A stretch of 64,000 nucleotides of DNA from Octopus vulgaris (taxonomy: Eukaryota): assembly GCA_951406725.2 (NCBI GenBank), contig OX597821.1, positions 38,998,001 to 39,062,000 of the forward strand. Direction: 5' to 3'. A program made the translations under genes and the position numbers. The notes beneath the pieces are model-generated. The model made no database searches and was not told the DNA's origin. It saw only the letters and a program-made list of their open reading frames with translations. Numbering within the stretch: the stretch's first letter is position 1; every line of letters starts with the position of its first letter. Of this stretch, positions 1 to 12,533 are shown in pieces.

Positions 1-1120
1 AACCTGTAGAACTCTACAGGATATTTCATTCCAATCTCTTGTATACATGTGTGTGTACTTGGGCTTCCTTTGATATCATCATCAACATCTCCATTACTCT
101 CCTCTTCCTCCTTGTCGTTGTCATCATCATCATCACATCACGTAATGTGTACTTTTTCATGCTTACATGAGTCACATGGAATTAGTTGAGGCAGTTTTCT
201 ATAGCCAAGTGTCCTTCCTGTCACCGACCCTCATCTGTTTTCACGTAAGGTAATATTTCCCCATGGCTGAACATTTTTTCACATGGAAGACTGGAAACGA
301 ACACCCTTGCTTGTCTAGACATGGATATAGATCCCCCCCCCCCACATGTCTCTTGAACATGTGTAGCTCTCCATCTGTGCTTTCAGATATGAAGATGCTG
401 TGTCTCCCAGATGAAGTAATATAAGATGGTCAAGATTTGTGGTAAGATATATAGTGAATCTAACCATTCCACAATAGTCTGCAGTGACATATGTGAAGTC
501 TGCAATGAGGATAATTATGCAGGTAGAAATTTATAAGTATCTGTAAATTATTAAAACAAGTATTAATTAAAACAAGCATGCAATTAATTAAAAAAAATGT
601 TTTTGTAATCCATGAATCATAAATGCACATTACGACAAATCTTGATCATCTTAAATTATTTCATCTGGGTGACACAACATCCTCATCTGATGACACAGGA
701 GAGATGGAGAGCTATGTGTGTTGAGGAAGCAGAGTGTATGTGTGTGTTTGTACCTAGCAGTTTGCACAACGATATAGAGGTTTCCTCTACATGGTCCTAT
801 GAACTGCTAGACATAGTGGCAGGTCAAAAGATGAGGTGTAGAACAGACAATAGCAATAAACAAGACCATCAATAATATCTCTTGCAACTAAGTAGTCACA
901 AGCCCAAGTTTTAGAATTGATGAATAGAAATGACTACATTATATCTAGTGGAGCATATTCTAATAAAGTCAATTAGGGAAATTAAGGATTCCATATGAAA
1001 TTTGAAGGGAGAGGAATTCAGAACTTTTAGACCCAAAACCAAATACTGAAAGGGACTTAGTCTGGTGCTGCATTGTTCTTATTTACTCTAATTTTGGTAG
1101 AAGGAGAGCAAATCCAGAGA

Positions 1121-1290
1121 AGTGGGTAGTCAATTACATTGTCCTCAGTACTCAACTGGTACTTATTTTATCGACTCCAAAAGGATGAAAAGCAAAGTTG
1201 ACCTTGGCAGAATTTGAACTCAGTAATGTAAAGACAGACGAAATACTGATTAGCATTTTGCACTGCATGCTACTTATTCTGCCAGCTTGC
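1121..1290 (-). mobile_element. tRNA-derived SINE, family A (partial)
   Basis: Matches many other copies in the window (reverse complement of B-box GAGTTCAAAT and central GCYTTTCATCCTTTYGGRGTCGATAAAATAAGTACC block). Confidence 0.75.
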
Positions 1291-2510
1291 TTCTATCATT
1301 TACTCTAATATCAGTATCTAAGTTTTAATTAATTTCCCAAGATCAACCAATAGCCTAGATTCAGTTAAACAACTTCTATTAAGTTAATTATATATCATTA
1401 ATCAAAAATATCTAGATTAACTGTGCTCCCACCAGATTATGATGGAAGTTTTTGAACTCTTTAAAAAGCAGCGACTTTTGTATTGTAAAACAGAAGTGAT
1501 TTCATGTGGTTTGGTGTGAAAAGGGTTAATGGTTTGTTTTTGAGAAGGCCAAAGACTAGTTTCAATTGGATCAACCCAATGGATTTCTAAGTTCATAAAG
1601 GATGGAAGATAAATTTTAAGCTTGTCAAGCTATGAATATAGAAAGATGTAACTAAATATTGTAAGACATCCTGTTCAGCTTTCTCCTGTTTCCGCCAGTT
1701 CAATATTAATAAGTTTGGTATTTGTCAAAAAGGTGAAGATGATGCAAAACAAATATATACAAAATAAAATAACAACAACAAAACAACATCAACAGCAGCC
1801 ATAATACATGAGGGAGCAAACACATTCACTACACAATGATTTATTACACAAATAATACTGACTTTATTGATTTGATGAGGTGAACAGTGTTTATGGGAGG
1901 AAAATCTTGGTATCTCTTTGACACCAAACACTCAGATAAAAACAAATCAATTCCTCGTATATGGCTTTTTATGGTGCAGTTCTGCTCACATAAATATTTT
2001 GAGTGTAGACTTCAGCATTGATACACATTACTGGACGTCTTTTACTTCCACCAGTTGCATGTACAATTTTGCAGACATTTGTGTGTGTGTGTGTGTTTGT
2101 GTATCTGTGTGAGTGTGTGTATATACATATAAAGTATATAAAATGTGGAAGAAGAAAATCATGTACACATGCAAATACTACTACTGCATTTGTTGACTTC
2201 TCTGCTCAACTACCGAGTATTGTGTGTGTGTGTGAGATTTTATGTTATTTCATTTAGGTGTACCAATATTAATGAAGTTCATGGCACAAGTTCTTTTCCT
2301 TTGTCATTTTAATTTCCCATTGACATTTATATGTATTATGTGGCTAAGAATTTCACTTCTGAACAACATGGTTTTGGGTTCAATTCTGTTGTGTGGTCCT
2401 TTGAGCATCACATGTACCATAGCCTTAGGCAGACCAAAACCTTGTGAGGGAAACGAGTCTGTTGTATACGTATATACATACTTACTGGCACTCTGTCTGT
2501 TACAATGAGT

Positions 2511-2788
2511 ATTCCAGTTGATCCAATCAACAGAGTTAACATGCAAGTGGTTGAGTACTCCACAGACACATATACCCTTAACTTAGTTCTTAGGGAGATT
2601 CAGCATGACACAGAATATGACAAGATTGGTTTTTTGAATTACACGTACAACTTCTTTTTGCCATTTGAATGGACAGCAGCAATGTGAAATAAAGTGTCTT
2701 GCTCAAGGACATAACATGCCACCAGGAATTGAACACAGGGCCTAATGGTTATGAACCTAATGCCCTAACCACACAACCTTGCACCTTC
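2511..2788 (-). mobile_element. tRNA-derived SINE, family C
   Basis: Homologous in opposite orientation to 63537-63860; tRNA-like head at the right end (A/B-box remnants), CCTTGAGCAAGACACTTTATTTCAC block. Confidence 0.7.
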
Positions 2789-2822
2789 GCATATATATTC
2801 ATATACATATATATATATATAT

Positions 2823-3046
2823 AACACGTGGACAATTGATGAATTTTTCCTCCTTCCTTTTCTTTTCTTTTGGACTTTCCTATGTCTCCTGTTTCTGAAG
2901 AAGAGCTTTGCTCAAAACGTAAAACAACCACTCTTTCTTTCCTTCTCTGAGCGTCTCATTAATACTTTACATGTACCAATGTACCAAGTCCTTGTGCTGT
3001 TTTGTTTTTCTTGTTGTCTTTTTCTCTGTTTTTTTTTTATTAAGAA
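2823..3046 (+). mobile_element. Penelope-like terminal-repeat fragment between (TA)n tracts
   Basis: Flanked by (TA)n on both sides; contains a minimal hammerhead motif followed by a T-rich tail. Confidence 0.55.
2890..2926 (+). ncRNA. Minimal type I hammerhead ribozyme motif (G12 mutated)
   Basis: TGTTT-CTGAAGA-A-GAGC ttt GCTC-aAAA-CG-TA-AAACA: stem I TGTTT/AAACA, stem II GAGC/GCTC, palindromic stem III ACGT; GAAA decayed to AAAA at a CpG. Confidence 0.65.
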
Positions 3047-3485
3047 TATATATATATATATCCCGGATTTCTGGCTTTGCATTTAGAAATGCTTTACCTC
3101 GACAGTAGAAAATATTCAGAAAGAAACATAAATACATATATATTAATACAACATACGAATACTTACATATACGAATGTATACATACATATGTATGCACGT
3201 ATGCATCAAGGCTAGTTCAAAATGCCCGCTAATTCCATGTGCTATATGGTAAAATATAGTGATGAAATAAGTTTAAATTTATATAAATAAGGATAAGATA
3301 AATAAAATATCGAACTCATTACCTTTGAAGGTTATTTTTTCCATGCTGACCACTTGATGAGTTCGTTATTTTATTTTAAGTTAACGATCTTATCCTTATT
3401 TATATAAATTTACATATATATATATATATCATCATCATCATCATCGTTTAACGTCTGCTTTCCATGCTAGCATGGGTTATATATA

Positions 3486-4769
3486 CAGGGGTTGGACAAA
3501 ATAATGGAAACACCGTAAAATTTCAAGCAAATTTATTGTAATATGGGGTAGGACCGTCTTTGGCAGTAATTACAGCTTGAATTCTACGAGGTATGGACTC
3601 GTACAAAGTTTGAATTGTTTCCAAAGGAATTTTTGTCCATTCTTCAGCTAAAACAGTCTCCAGTTCTTGTAGCGATGATGGTGGAGGATATCAACTCCTT
3701 ACCTGTTTTTCTGAAATGCACCATAAATGTTCAATAATATTGAGAGCTGGGGACTGTGGTGGCCAGATAAGTTGTTCAACTTCACTAGAATGTTCCTCGT
3801 GCCATTCAGTAACAAATTTAGCTGTGTGAATTGGTGCATCCTCATCCTGAAAGATTGCATTTCCCCGAGGAAGCAGTTCTGAAACCATAAGATGAATTTG
3901 ATCCAATAAAATGCTTAAATAGTCTTATCCATTAATTCTGCCATGAAGGAAAACCACTGGGCTAGCGGATTTCCAAGATATAGCCCCCTTTCGCCCCCAG
4001 ATCATCACAGTTCCTCCGCCATGTTTAACAGTTTGAAGAAGGCAGTGTGGATCAAATGCTTCTTTTGGCTGTCTCCACATGGATACTCGGCCAGTGGTCA
4101 AAAATAAGGTAAAAGATGACTCGTCAGAAAATAACATTCTTCCACTGCTCTAGAGACCAATTTTGTAGGTTTTTCTCCACTCTAAATGCTTTGCAATGTT
4201 TGTTTTTGAAAGTAGTGGTTTTATGATTGCAGCCCTCCCGTGAAATCCAGCTTTGTGCAGCCCAATGCGCACAGTTTTTGTGGAAACTGGGTTCTCGGGG
4301 TGGTCATTAAGCTCTGCAGTAATTTTGGGAGCTGTACTTATATGATCCTTTCTAACAATTTGCGTAAGAGTTCGATGATCCCTATCTGAAAGTTTTGGTA
4401 TTCTTCCAGAGTTTTGTTTCGATGTGGAGGTTTTCCCCACTTTCTCAAAGGCTGTCATTACTTTTGAGACTGTACTTCTTGATACACCAAACATTTCAGC
4501 TGTTTTCGTTACGCTAGCACCTGCCGTACGAGCTCCAACAATTTGACCTCTTTGAAAGTCCGATAGATCTGTTATTTTAATGTATTTTAATTACCATTTT
4601 CTGATGATATCTGAAAAGAAAAAGCAGTTTTAGCAAAGCATATTAAGCAACATTAATAATAAATTTTTAAAAAACCCATAAAAATAAACAAGCTTTTGAA
4701 GGTTTTATAGAAATTTCAAACTGATGATGCTATGATGCTAGATGTTTCCATTATTTTGTCCAACCCATG
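3486..4769 (-). mobile_element. Full-length Tc1-like DNA transposon, DD36E spacing (Incomer-like), inactive
   Basis: About 28-bp TIRs CAGGGGTTGGACAAAATAATGGAAACAC / ATGTTTCCATTATTTTGTCCAACCCATG, TA target duplication on both sides, 1284 bp, fragmented transposase inside. Confidence 0.93.
3540..4575 (-). pseudogene. Tc1-family transposase pseudogene
   Basis: Fragments DLSDFQRGQIVGAR..., FSDESSF, KHGGGTVMIWG, FQDEDAPIH, WPPQSPALNIIEHLW; frameshifts, stops, start codon apparently mutated to ATA. Confidence 0.9.
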
Positions 4770-5092
4770 TATATAGATATCTCAAAGGTTAATAGACACT
4801 TTTCATCATATCGTTTTATCAATGCAAACAGCATGATACTCAAACAGCTTAAATACTTAAAAACTGCACGTCATGGCTACTAATTATTAGATGAAATATT
4901 TAAATGTATCAGATGACATCATTTTGCCCCTAGAAATAAATCTTTCAAAAATTATGTGATCTATTTACTTTTCAGATGTCTGTATGTTTGTGCGTGTGTA
5001 TATGTGTGTGCGTGTGTATATGTGTGTGCGTGCGAATATGTGGATGATGGTATATATATATTGTTGTATTTCGGAATGGTCATTTTGCCAGT

Positions 5093-5345
5093 TTATATGT
5101 ATATATATATGTATATATATATGTATTTATATATATATGTATATATATATATGTACATGTGTATATATATGTATATGTGTATATATATGTGTATATATAT
5201 GTACATGTGTATGTATATATATATGTACCATATCTGATATATAGATTTATATGTATATATACATATATATGTAAATATATACATTATAATATATATTTAT
5301 AAATAATATATATGTGTATGTGTGTGTGCGCACACACATATATAT
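5093..5345. repeat. Compound (TA)n/(TATG)n microsatellite
   Basis: Directly visible; one of many such tracts (also about 8020-8310, 24200-24381, 41105-41200, 43050-43207, 43780-43940, 62100-62300, 62700-62940). Confidence 0.95.
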
Positions 5346-5477
5346 GGAGGAAGAGTGTACTTTTGTATCCTTGTTTTGGTATTATGAGATAAATGTAAAT
5401 GAGTACGACCAGTATAGAAGCAGAGATATTCTTTGCCAGTTTTCCATGAAAACAGATCTAATCATGTGTAAATAATA

Positions 5478-5690
5478 GTTCCAAATATTGCTACAAGGCT
5501 AGCAGTTTTGCAGGAAGGGGCTAAGTCAGTTAAATTTTCTCCAGTGCTCAACTGGTTCTTATTTTCTTGAACCCATAAGGATTAAAAGCAAAGTCAACCT
5601 TGGTGGAATTTGATCTCAGAACATAGAGATGGACAAGATGCTGCTAAGCATCTTACCTGGCATGCTAATGATTCTGCCAGTTTACTACCA
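5478..5690 (-). mobile_element. tRNA-derived SINE, family A (diverged)
   Basis: Same layout as the other family A copies. Confidence 0.7.
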
Positions 5691-5849
5691 TCCCATGTGT
5701 AAATATTAACTTTGCCTGGAAACAGGTGAGGGTTGGTGATAGAATGGGTCTTTGGATGCAGGATATCTGCCTCAAGTAATTCTGTCTGACACATGCAGAA
5801 TAGAAAAGTCAATGATAAAATGATGATGATGATGATATATACACACATA

Positions 5850-5993
5850 TGTGGCGTTAGGAAGGGCATCCAGCTGTAGAAACACCGCCAGATCTGACTG
5901 GCCTGGTGTAGCCTTCGGGCTTCCCAGACCCCAGTTGAACCGTCCAACCCATGCTAGCATGGAAAGCGGACGTTAAACGATGATGATGATGAT
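5850..5993 (+). mobile_element. 3' end of RTE-clade LINE with (GAT)n tail
   Basis: GGCGTTAGGAAGGGCATCCAGCTGTAGAAAC...AACCCATGCTAGCATGGAAAGCGGACGTTAAACGATGATGAT, the same terminus as the ORF-bearing RTE copies at 6875-8020 and 10696-11603. Confidence 0.8.
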
Positions 5994-6874
5994 GTGTGTG
6001 TGTATGTTTAGTTGTTAGTCATTCCGTGTGTTTAGTTGTTAGTCACTTCCAATGAATAATTCCATTTATTCTTTGCTGGATGGACAAATTTTACTGTCCA
6101 GTGAAGAGTATACAGAATTACCCATTGGAAGAATTGAAAGAGTGACTAAATGTAGACACAGATGTTAGATACTGACCATTGTAGTTAGCCTTTAATTGAT
6201 AAACTCGTGATTATCTTTGTCATTACCTATAATTTATGAGCATAATGTGCTTGCATATTTATGCCCATGGTTAAACATAGGTCATATACCGGTAGTATAA
6301 TGGATACTTTTATCCCTTAGATAGTTATTTTAATTTCACACACAGATAGATAGAGAGACAGATATGTACTGACATGACTATATGGTTAAGAAGTCTGCTT
6401 CCCAGCCTCATGGTTTGAATTTCAGTTCCACTGATTGGCACATTGGGCAAAAAATGTTTTCTACTACAGCCTCGGTTGACCTGTGCGTGTGTGTGTGTGT
6501 GTGTGAGCGTGTGCAGGTGTGTGCGTGTGTGCATGCATGCACCTGTGTATATGTGCACGTTTATATCTCCTTACCTTGAATTCACATGATAGATGCAAAT
6601 GAGCATCACTGTCATAGAAGCTGCAATCTTCATCTCCAATCTTCTGTGAAAACATGTACAGCCACAGAGTAATGTTACCTTAGTTGAAAACGGGTGAAGG
6701 TTGAGAAGAGGAAAGGCATGCAGCCATAAAGAAAATCGGTCTCAAATTTTGTTTTTAGCCATCCAATCATGGAAAATTGGACATTAAAATGATAATATAC
6801 ATACATATACATACACACTCACATATATGTGTATGTGTGTGTGTGAATGTATGTATGCATGTATATATATATAT

Positions 6875-8017
6875 ATCATCATCATCATCATCGTTTAGCG
6901 TCCGTTTTCCATGCTAGCATGGGTTGGACGGTTCTACTGGGGTCTGTGAAGCCAGAAGGCTTCATCAGGCCCAGTCAAATCTGGCAGTGTTTCTACGGCT
7001 GGATGCCCTTCCTAACGCCAACCACTCCGTGAGTGTAGTGGGTGCTTTTTACGTGCCACCCGCACAGGTGCCAGACAGAGCTGGCAAACGGCCACGAACG
7101 GATGGTGCTTTTTATGTGCCACCGGCACAAGGGCCAGGCGAGGCTGGCAACGGACACGAAACGGGGCGGTGCTGGCAACGGTCGCGAAACGGAAGGTTCT
7201 CTTACATGCCACCGGCACTGGTAACACATCTGCAATTTCCATTGATCGATTTCCATTCTGATCCTCACTTGCCTCAACGGGTCTTCACAAGTAGAGTTTC
7301 GACATCGGCACTGGTAACACATCTGCAATTTCCATTGATCGATTTCCATTTCTGATCCTCACTTGCCTCAACGGGACTTCACAAGTAGAGTATCGACATG
7401 CCACCGGCACTGGTAACACATCTGCAATTTCCATTGATTGATTTCGATTCTGATCCTCACTTGCCTCAACAGGTCTTCACAAGTAGAGTTTTGTGTCCCA
7501 AGAAGGGAAGGTATGCATACGTAGTCTGGCTCCATCCCAAGTAGAAGGCCATGGGTTATGGACTCACTTGTCCTGCCGGGTCTTCTCGCGCACAGCACAC
7601 TTCCATAGGACTCGGTCTCTAGTCATTTCCTCAGTGAGACCTAAAGTTCGAAGGTCGTGCTTCACCACCTCGTCCCAGGTTTTCCTGGGTCTGCCTCTTC
7701 CACAGGTTCCCTCAACTGCTAGGGTGTGGCACTTTTTCACACAACTATCTTCATCCATTCTCGCCACATGACCATACCAGCGCAATCGTCTCTCTTGCAC
7801 ACCACAACTGATGCTTCTTAGGTCCAGCTTTTCTCTCAAGGTACTTACACTCTGTCGGTTATGAACACTGACATTACACATCCATCGGAGCATACTGGCT
7901 TCATTTCTCGTGAGCTTACGCATATCCTCAGCAGTCACGGCCCATATTTCACTGCCATGTAGCATGGCTGTTCGTACACACGCATCATACAGTCTGCCTT
8001 TCACTCTGTGCGAGAGG

Positions 8018-8020
<3 letters not shown>
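6875..8020 (-). mobile_element. 5'-truncated RTE-clade LINE (ORF C-terminus + 3' UTR + (GAT)n tail)
   Basis: 7564-8020 encodes [20 protein letters not shown]...[12 protein letters not shown]...GRGRPRKTW, the RTE C-terminal signature; 3' UTR runs to (ATC)n at 6875. Confidence 0.92.
7206..7490. repeat. Three tandem about 95-bp units inside RTE 3' UTR
   Basis: CGGCACTGGTAACACATCTGCAATTTCCATTGATCGATTTC...CTTCACAAGTAGAGT repeated three times. Confidence 0.9.
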
Positions 8021-8057
<37 letters not shown>

Positions 8058-8273
8058 ATATATATGTGTGTGTGTGTGTGTATGTATATATATATGTATG
8101 TATATATATATATATATGTATGTGTGTATATATATATATATATATATGTTTATATATATATATGTATGTATAAATATGTGTATATATATGTATGTATAAA
8201 TGTGTATATATATACATGTATATATATATATGTGTGTGTTTGTATGTATGTATATATATATATGTATGTGTAT

Positions 8274-8310
<37 letters not shown>

Positions 8311-8436
8311 GTAAAAGCAATTAAGATTCAAGTGAGTTCCAATGTATTTGCTGCAATATTTGCAGCTTTTAATAAAGCTGTTCTTCGTATGAAACAATTG
8401 TACTGAAAAACTAATCCATTCTTGTTGCTTTTTTCT

Positions 8437-8480
<44 letters not shown>

Positions 8481-8516
8481 TATATATATGTATGTATGCA
8501 TATGTCTATATAATCT

Positions 8517-8990
8517 TACAGTGTTGAAATATGCAGATGACATCAAAATGTACCTCGAAGTAAAAAGAACAGATCCTATGCACTATAGATCTTACCAGCA
8601 ATCAGACATGGACACAATGCTGCACTGGATCTCAGACTGGCAACTCAATCTAGCTGTGGACAACCCAGCCTTTACACATGCTCTCTCAGCAACACCAATC
8701 TGAAGAAGTCTTCTAGAGAACATATAAACAGTGATCTCTGCATTGGGCAAACCACACCTCTAAGATTGGCAAAAAGGCTGAGGGTGTCCTAGCATCACTC
8801 TGTAAGACCTTTGTCAGCCACTCTCCAGTGATCTATTTAAAATTTTATATGACAATGGTACGTCCACACTTAGAACTTGCATAACCAGTCTGGAGCCCCT
8901 ATCATGCTCAGCATATAAATCTCCTGGAAACTGTTCAGAAACATGCCTCAAAATGAATACCCACAGTCAGGTGTCTACCAGACTTACCCT
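8517..8990 (+). mobile_element. CR1-group LINE reverse-transcriptase relic
   Basis: LKYADDIKMY...QSDMDTMLHWISDWQLNL and MVRPHLELA*PVWSPY...INLLETVQK motifs; disrupted. Confidence 0.8.
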
Positions 8991-9355
8991 GGATGTCTAC
9001 CATACTTAACCAGTCATAAGCAGATGTAAATGCTCTTTCATCCTTCCAAATCGTTGACCCTATGGAACATTGAGATAAGACGACTGGCAGAGGAAAAGTC
9101 TGCAACAACACTTAGTTGGCAATAACTTTCAGTTCAGGGAACAACAGGCTACCCTTATCTGTGTGACCAACCACACTAATCACTATACATGCAGATACAT
9201 ACATATAAGATTTTTAAGATGTTCCAAAGATTCTCCAACTGAAATTCTTTAGGAGAATAAATGCAGACACAACTTAACCACCAACTCCACCACATATTTA
9301 CAAACTCAGGGATTTCTCTTAACTCAAAAGTCTTGTAACCAGCTTAAACTCTCTT

Positions 9356-9641
9356 ACAGTTCTATATTTAAGAGTTGTGGAATTGTGTACATTATTTACA
9401 TTTGCCCATGGGTATATGGCGTAGTGCTTAAGAGTGTGGGCTACTAACCCCAAGATTCTGAGTTCGATTCCAGGCCGTGACCTGAATAATAATAACAATA
9501 ATATTGAAAAATACCTTAGGAATGAGAAACCAGGTTCAAAATTTCCCCAAAGCACCTGATGAAGACTGAAGGGTATATCAGCCAAAACATTGTGTTAACA
9601 ACAAAAAAATGAGGACAAATATCTGTCAAATGTAAATAATG
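9356..9641 (+). mobile_element. tRNA-headed, hammerhead-bearing element (inverted tail + forward copy)
   Basis: Inverted tail 9356-9404, then tRNA-like head (A box TGGCGTAGTG, B box GAGTTCGATTC), (AAT)n, hammerhead motif, tail; flanked by TTAAACTCTCTT/TTGAACTCTCTT duplication; homologous to 47267-47795. Confidence 0.85.
9552..9596 (+). ncRNA. Minimal hammerhead ribozyme motif (decayed copy)
   Basis: GCAC-CTGATGA-A-GACTGA agggtata TCAGCC-aAAA-Ca-TT-GTGT; CpG-type decay of G12 and G16.2 relative to the 47356-47401 copy. Confidence 0.65.
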
Positions 9642-10695
9642 TTGAACTCTCTTGTGAAGAACTTAAATAAAACTCAAAGAAAAGCCTGGAAACATACTAA
9701 CAGATTCATGCATGCACATTTTATGTGTCCCTAAAATGTGGTCCCTTTCATCCATTTTAGATATTTATACCTTTCTGGGAATATTCAAAATTCCTTGTGT
9801 CCTTGTTAGCATTCAATATTAGACTTTTCAGGACTAGTAATCCTACCTTTACTGTATATATTTAGTTGTAGTTATAGATGGATGCTTCATTTTGATCCAT
9901 TCAATTTCTCATCATTAATAGATGTCATCATATTCATGGTTATGTATAGTTTGTGGCTTGGTTGATAAGGACATCACAGTAGTAATTTCAATGCAAGACG
10001 TATGTCACATAAAAAACACCTGTGTGGTGCTGTGTAAAAGCACCCAGAACACTCTGTAAAGTGGTTGGTGTTAGGAAGGGCATCCAAGCATAAATACCAT
10101 GTCAAAACAGACTGGAATCTGGTGCAGCTCCCCAGCTTGCTAGCTCTGGTCAAACCACTCAACCCATGCCAGCATGGACAACGAACATTAAATGATGATG
10201 ATGATGAGACACCAGCAACACTTTGTAGTCAAGACATTTGCTTCCCAACCATATAGCCTTGGGTTCATTTCCATTGTATGGTACCTTGTGTGGGTGTATT
10301 TCAGTGATGGAAACTGTGCAGAAACCTGTCATATGTGTTGATGTGTATGTGTGTACTGCTTTATGACTGCTTCCAACTTTGGGACAACTGGCATTGGCTT
10401 GTTTAAATTCTTGCAACTTAAAAGTTCATCGAAAAGAGATTAGTGGAGAAAGTAGAACACTTAACACACTGGGGCTGATTTCATCAAAAACAGATCCTTC
10501 AAAGAGGTGCCCCAATATGTAGATGTGGGTTGTGATTGTCCTTGTTTCACAACACTTTGTACATACACATCAAATGTCATTGTTTTATGAAGGATTTGTA
10601 TATACATACATACATCATCATCATCATTTTAGTGTCTGTTTTCCATGGTATGTGTCTGGTATGAGTTAAACGGTTTGACTGGAACTGGTAAGCTG

Positions 10696-11603
10696 GAGAG
10701 ACGATTGCGCTGGTATGGTCATGTGGCGAGAATGGATGAGGATAGTTATGTGAAAAAGTGTCACACCCTAGAGGTTGAGGGAACCTGTGGAAGAGGTAGA
10801 CCCAGGAAAACCTGGAATGAGGTGGTGAAGCACGACCTTCAAACATTAGGCCTCACCGAGGCAATGACTAGTGACCGAGACCTTTGGAAATATGCTGTGT
10901 GGGAGAAGACCCAGCAAGACAAGTGAGGCCATAACCCGTGGCCTTTACCAGGGATGTAGCCAGCCCACTTATGCATACCTTTCTTTCTTTGGGCTCAAAA
11001 TTCTGCTTGTGAAGACCTGTTGAGGCTTGAAATCGAAATCGAAATTGAATTCAAAATCGAACCAAATTCGACTGGTACCCATGCCAACCTTCCTTCATTG
11101 GACACTAAACTCTGCTTGCGAAGACCTGTTGGGGCAAGTGAAATCGAAATAGGAACCAAATTCGATGACTGGCACCTGTGCCAGTGGAGCGCTAACAGCG
11201 CCATCTGAGCAGGATCGCTACGCGAGCAGCTCTCTGGCTTCTATGCCAGTGGTACGTAAAAAGCACAATTTGAGCGTGATCATTACCTGCATTGCCTTAC
11301 TGGCACTTGTGCCGATGGCATGTGAATAAAACATTCGAGCGAGGTCGTTGCCAGGGCTGCTGGACTGACTCCTGTGCAGGTGGCACGTAAAAAACACCAT
11401 TTGAGCATGGCCATTGTCAGTACAGTCAGACTGGCCTTCATGCCAGTGGCTTGTAAAAGCACCCACTACACTCTTGGAGTGGTTGGCATTAGGAAGGGCA
11501 TCCAGCTGTAGAAACTCTGCCAGATCAGATTGGAGCCTGGTGCAAATCGTCCAACCCATGCTAGCATGGAAACCGGGTGTTAAATGATGATGATGATGAT
11601 GAT
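10696..11603 (+). mobile_element. 5'-truncated RTE-clade LINE (same family as 6875-8020)
   Basis: [40 protein letters not shown] to stop at 10926, then 3' UTR with internal subrepeats and (GAT)n tail. Confidence 0.9.
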
Positions 11604-12498
11604 TTTGATGTGATATAAAACTACAGTTCATCTATTTTATAGAATGGCATTTGAAAATGTTCTAAAATAGTCTTTGAAAGAAATTGAAAAGAGCAGCTAG
11701 TCTTACCACAAAAGTATATCATCTGAAGAAAGGCATGATACAAATGTTGAATAAGTGTGGTTGTACATGTGTTACACTTATGACCTTTAAGTGATACATG
11801 TAATGTGCTTTACAAGGTGTTTGTGTATTTCAATTTCTCTTTGAGAAGAACTGGCAGAAATATGCTCACTACTTTGGTTATTCTTTCAGCTAAGCATGTG
11901 CTTCACACTGAGTTTAGATGAGTGTAGGCAGTGATCAGAGAAGCATGTGTAACTGTAAGCTGCAATGGCTTGTAATTGTTAAATATGTATCCATTCAAAT
12001 TATCAATGTTCATGTAACTTGTGAAAGTTGCTTCGTCCAAGCAAGGAAACGAGAGGAAATGTGTAGGTTGAATAACTTGAACCAATCTGTAGTGTCATGT
12101 GAACGATACTACAGGGAGCTACATGACTATTGATTATTGTAATGATTGGTGTTCTTCTGATCTTTACAAGCAAAATCAAGTCAAAGGTAGCAGTGTAGCA
12201 GAAAACTTGGATAGAAGTAGTACTGCTGTTGTTGCCTGCTGAAATTTGAAAAGTGTGTGTGTGTGTGTGGCAAATTGAAACAGTCATCTGGAGTATTACA
12301 TCTTAGGATAATCAAAAGTATAAGGGGGAAAATGAAAATAAAAACTTTATTCCTATTTTAAGTAAACTGTAATAAATGCTTTATTTTGTATTTGCAGTGT
12401 TTAATTTTTTTTTTCTCCTTGTAAAAATATTAAAAAGATGTATTTGTAAGGGTCCAAAAATTTAGCTTTCCCAGGGCAGCTTTATGGTTGCCCCTGTA

Positions 12499-12533
<35 letters not shown>

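Noticed and set aside
380-530. Possible exon or GIY-YIG relic (CEVC...YAG)
   Set aside because: Stops in the surrounding frames and similarity too short to support.
4956-5284. YI/CV/HT-rich ORFs here and throughout the window
   Set aside because: Translations of dinucleotide microsatellites.
7206-7490. CRISPR-like array
   Set aside because: Contiguous tandem units without unique spacers, inside a LINE UTR, in eukaryotic context with no cas genes.
7564-8481. 305-aa ORF as a host gene
   Set aside because: The N-terminal half is translated (TA)/(CA) microsatellite and the rest is an RTE C-terminus.
9410-9482. Functional tRNA gene
   Set aside because: A/B boxes are present but acceptor and T stems do not pair well; it is the head of a repeated element.
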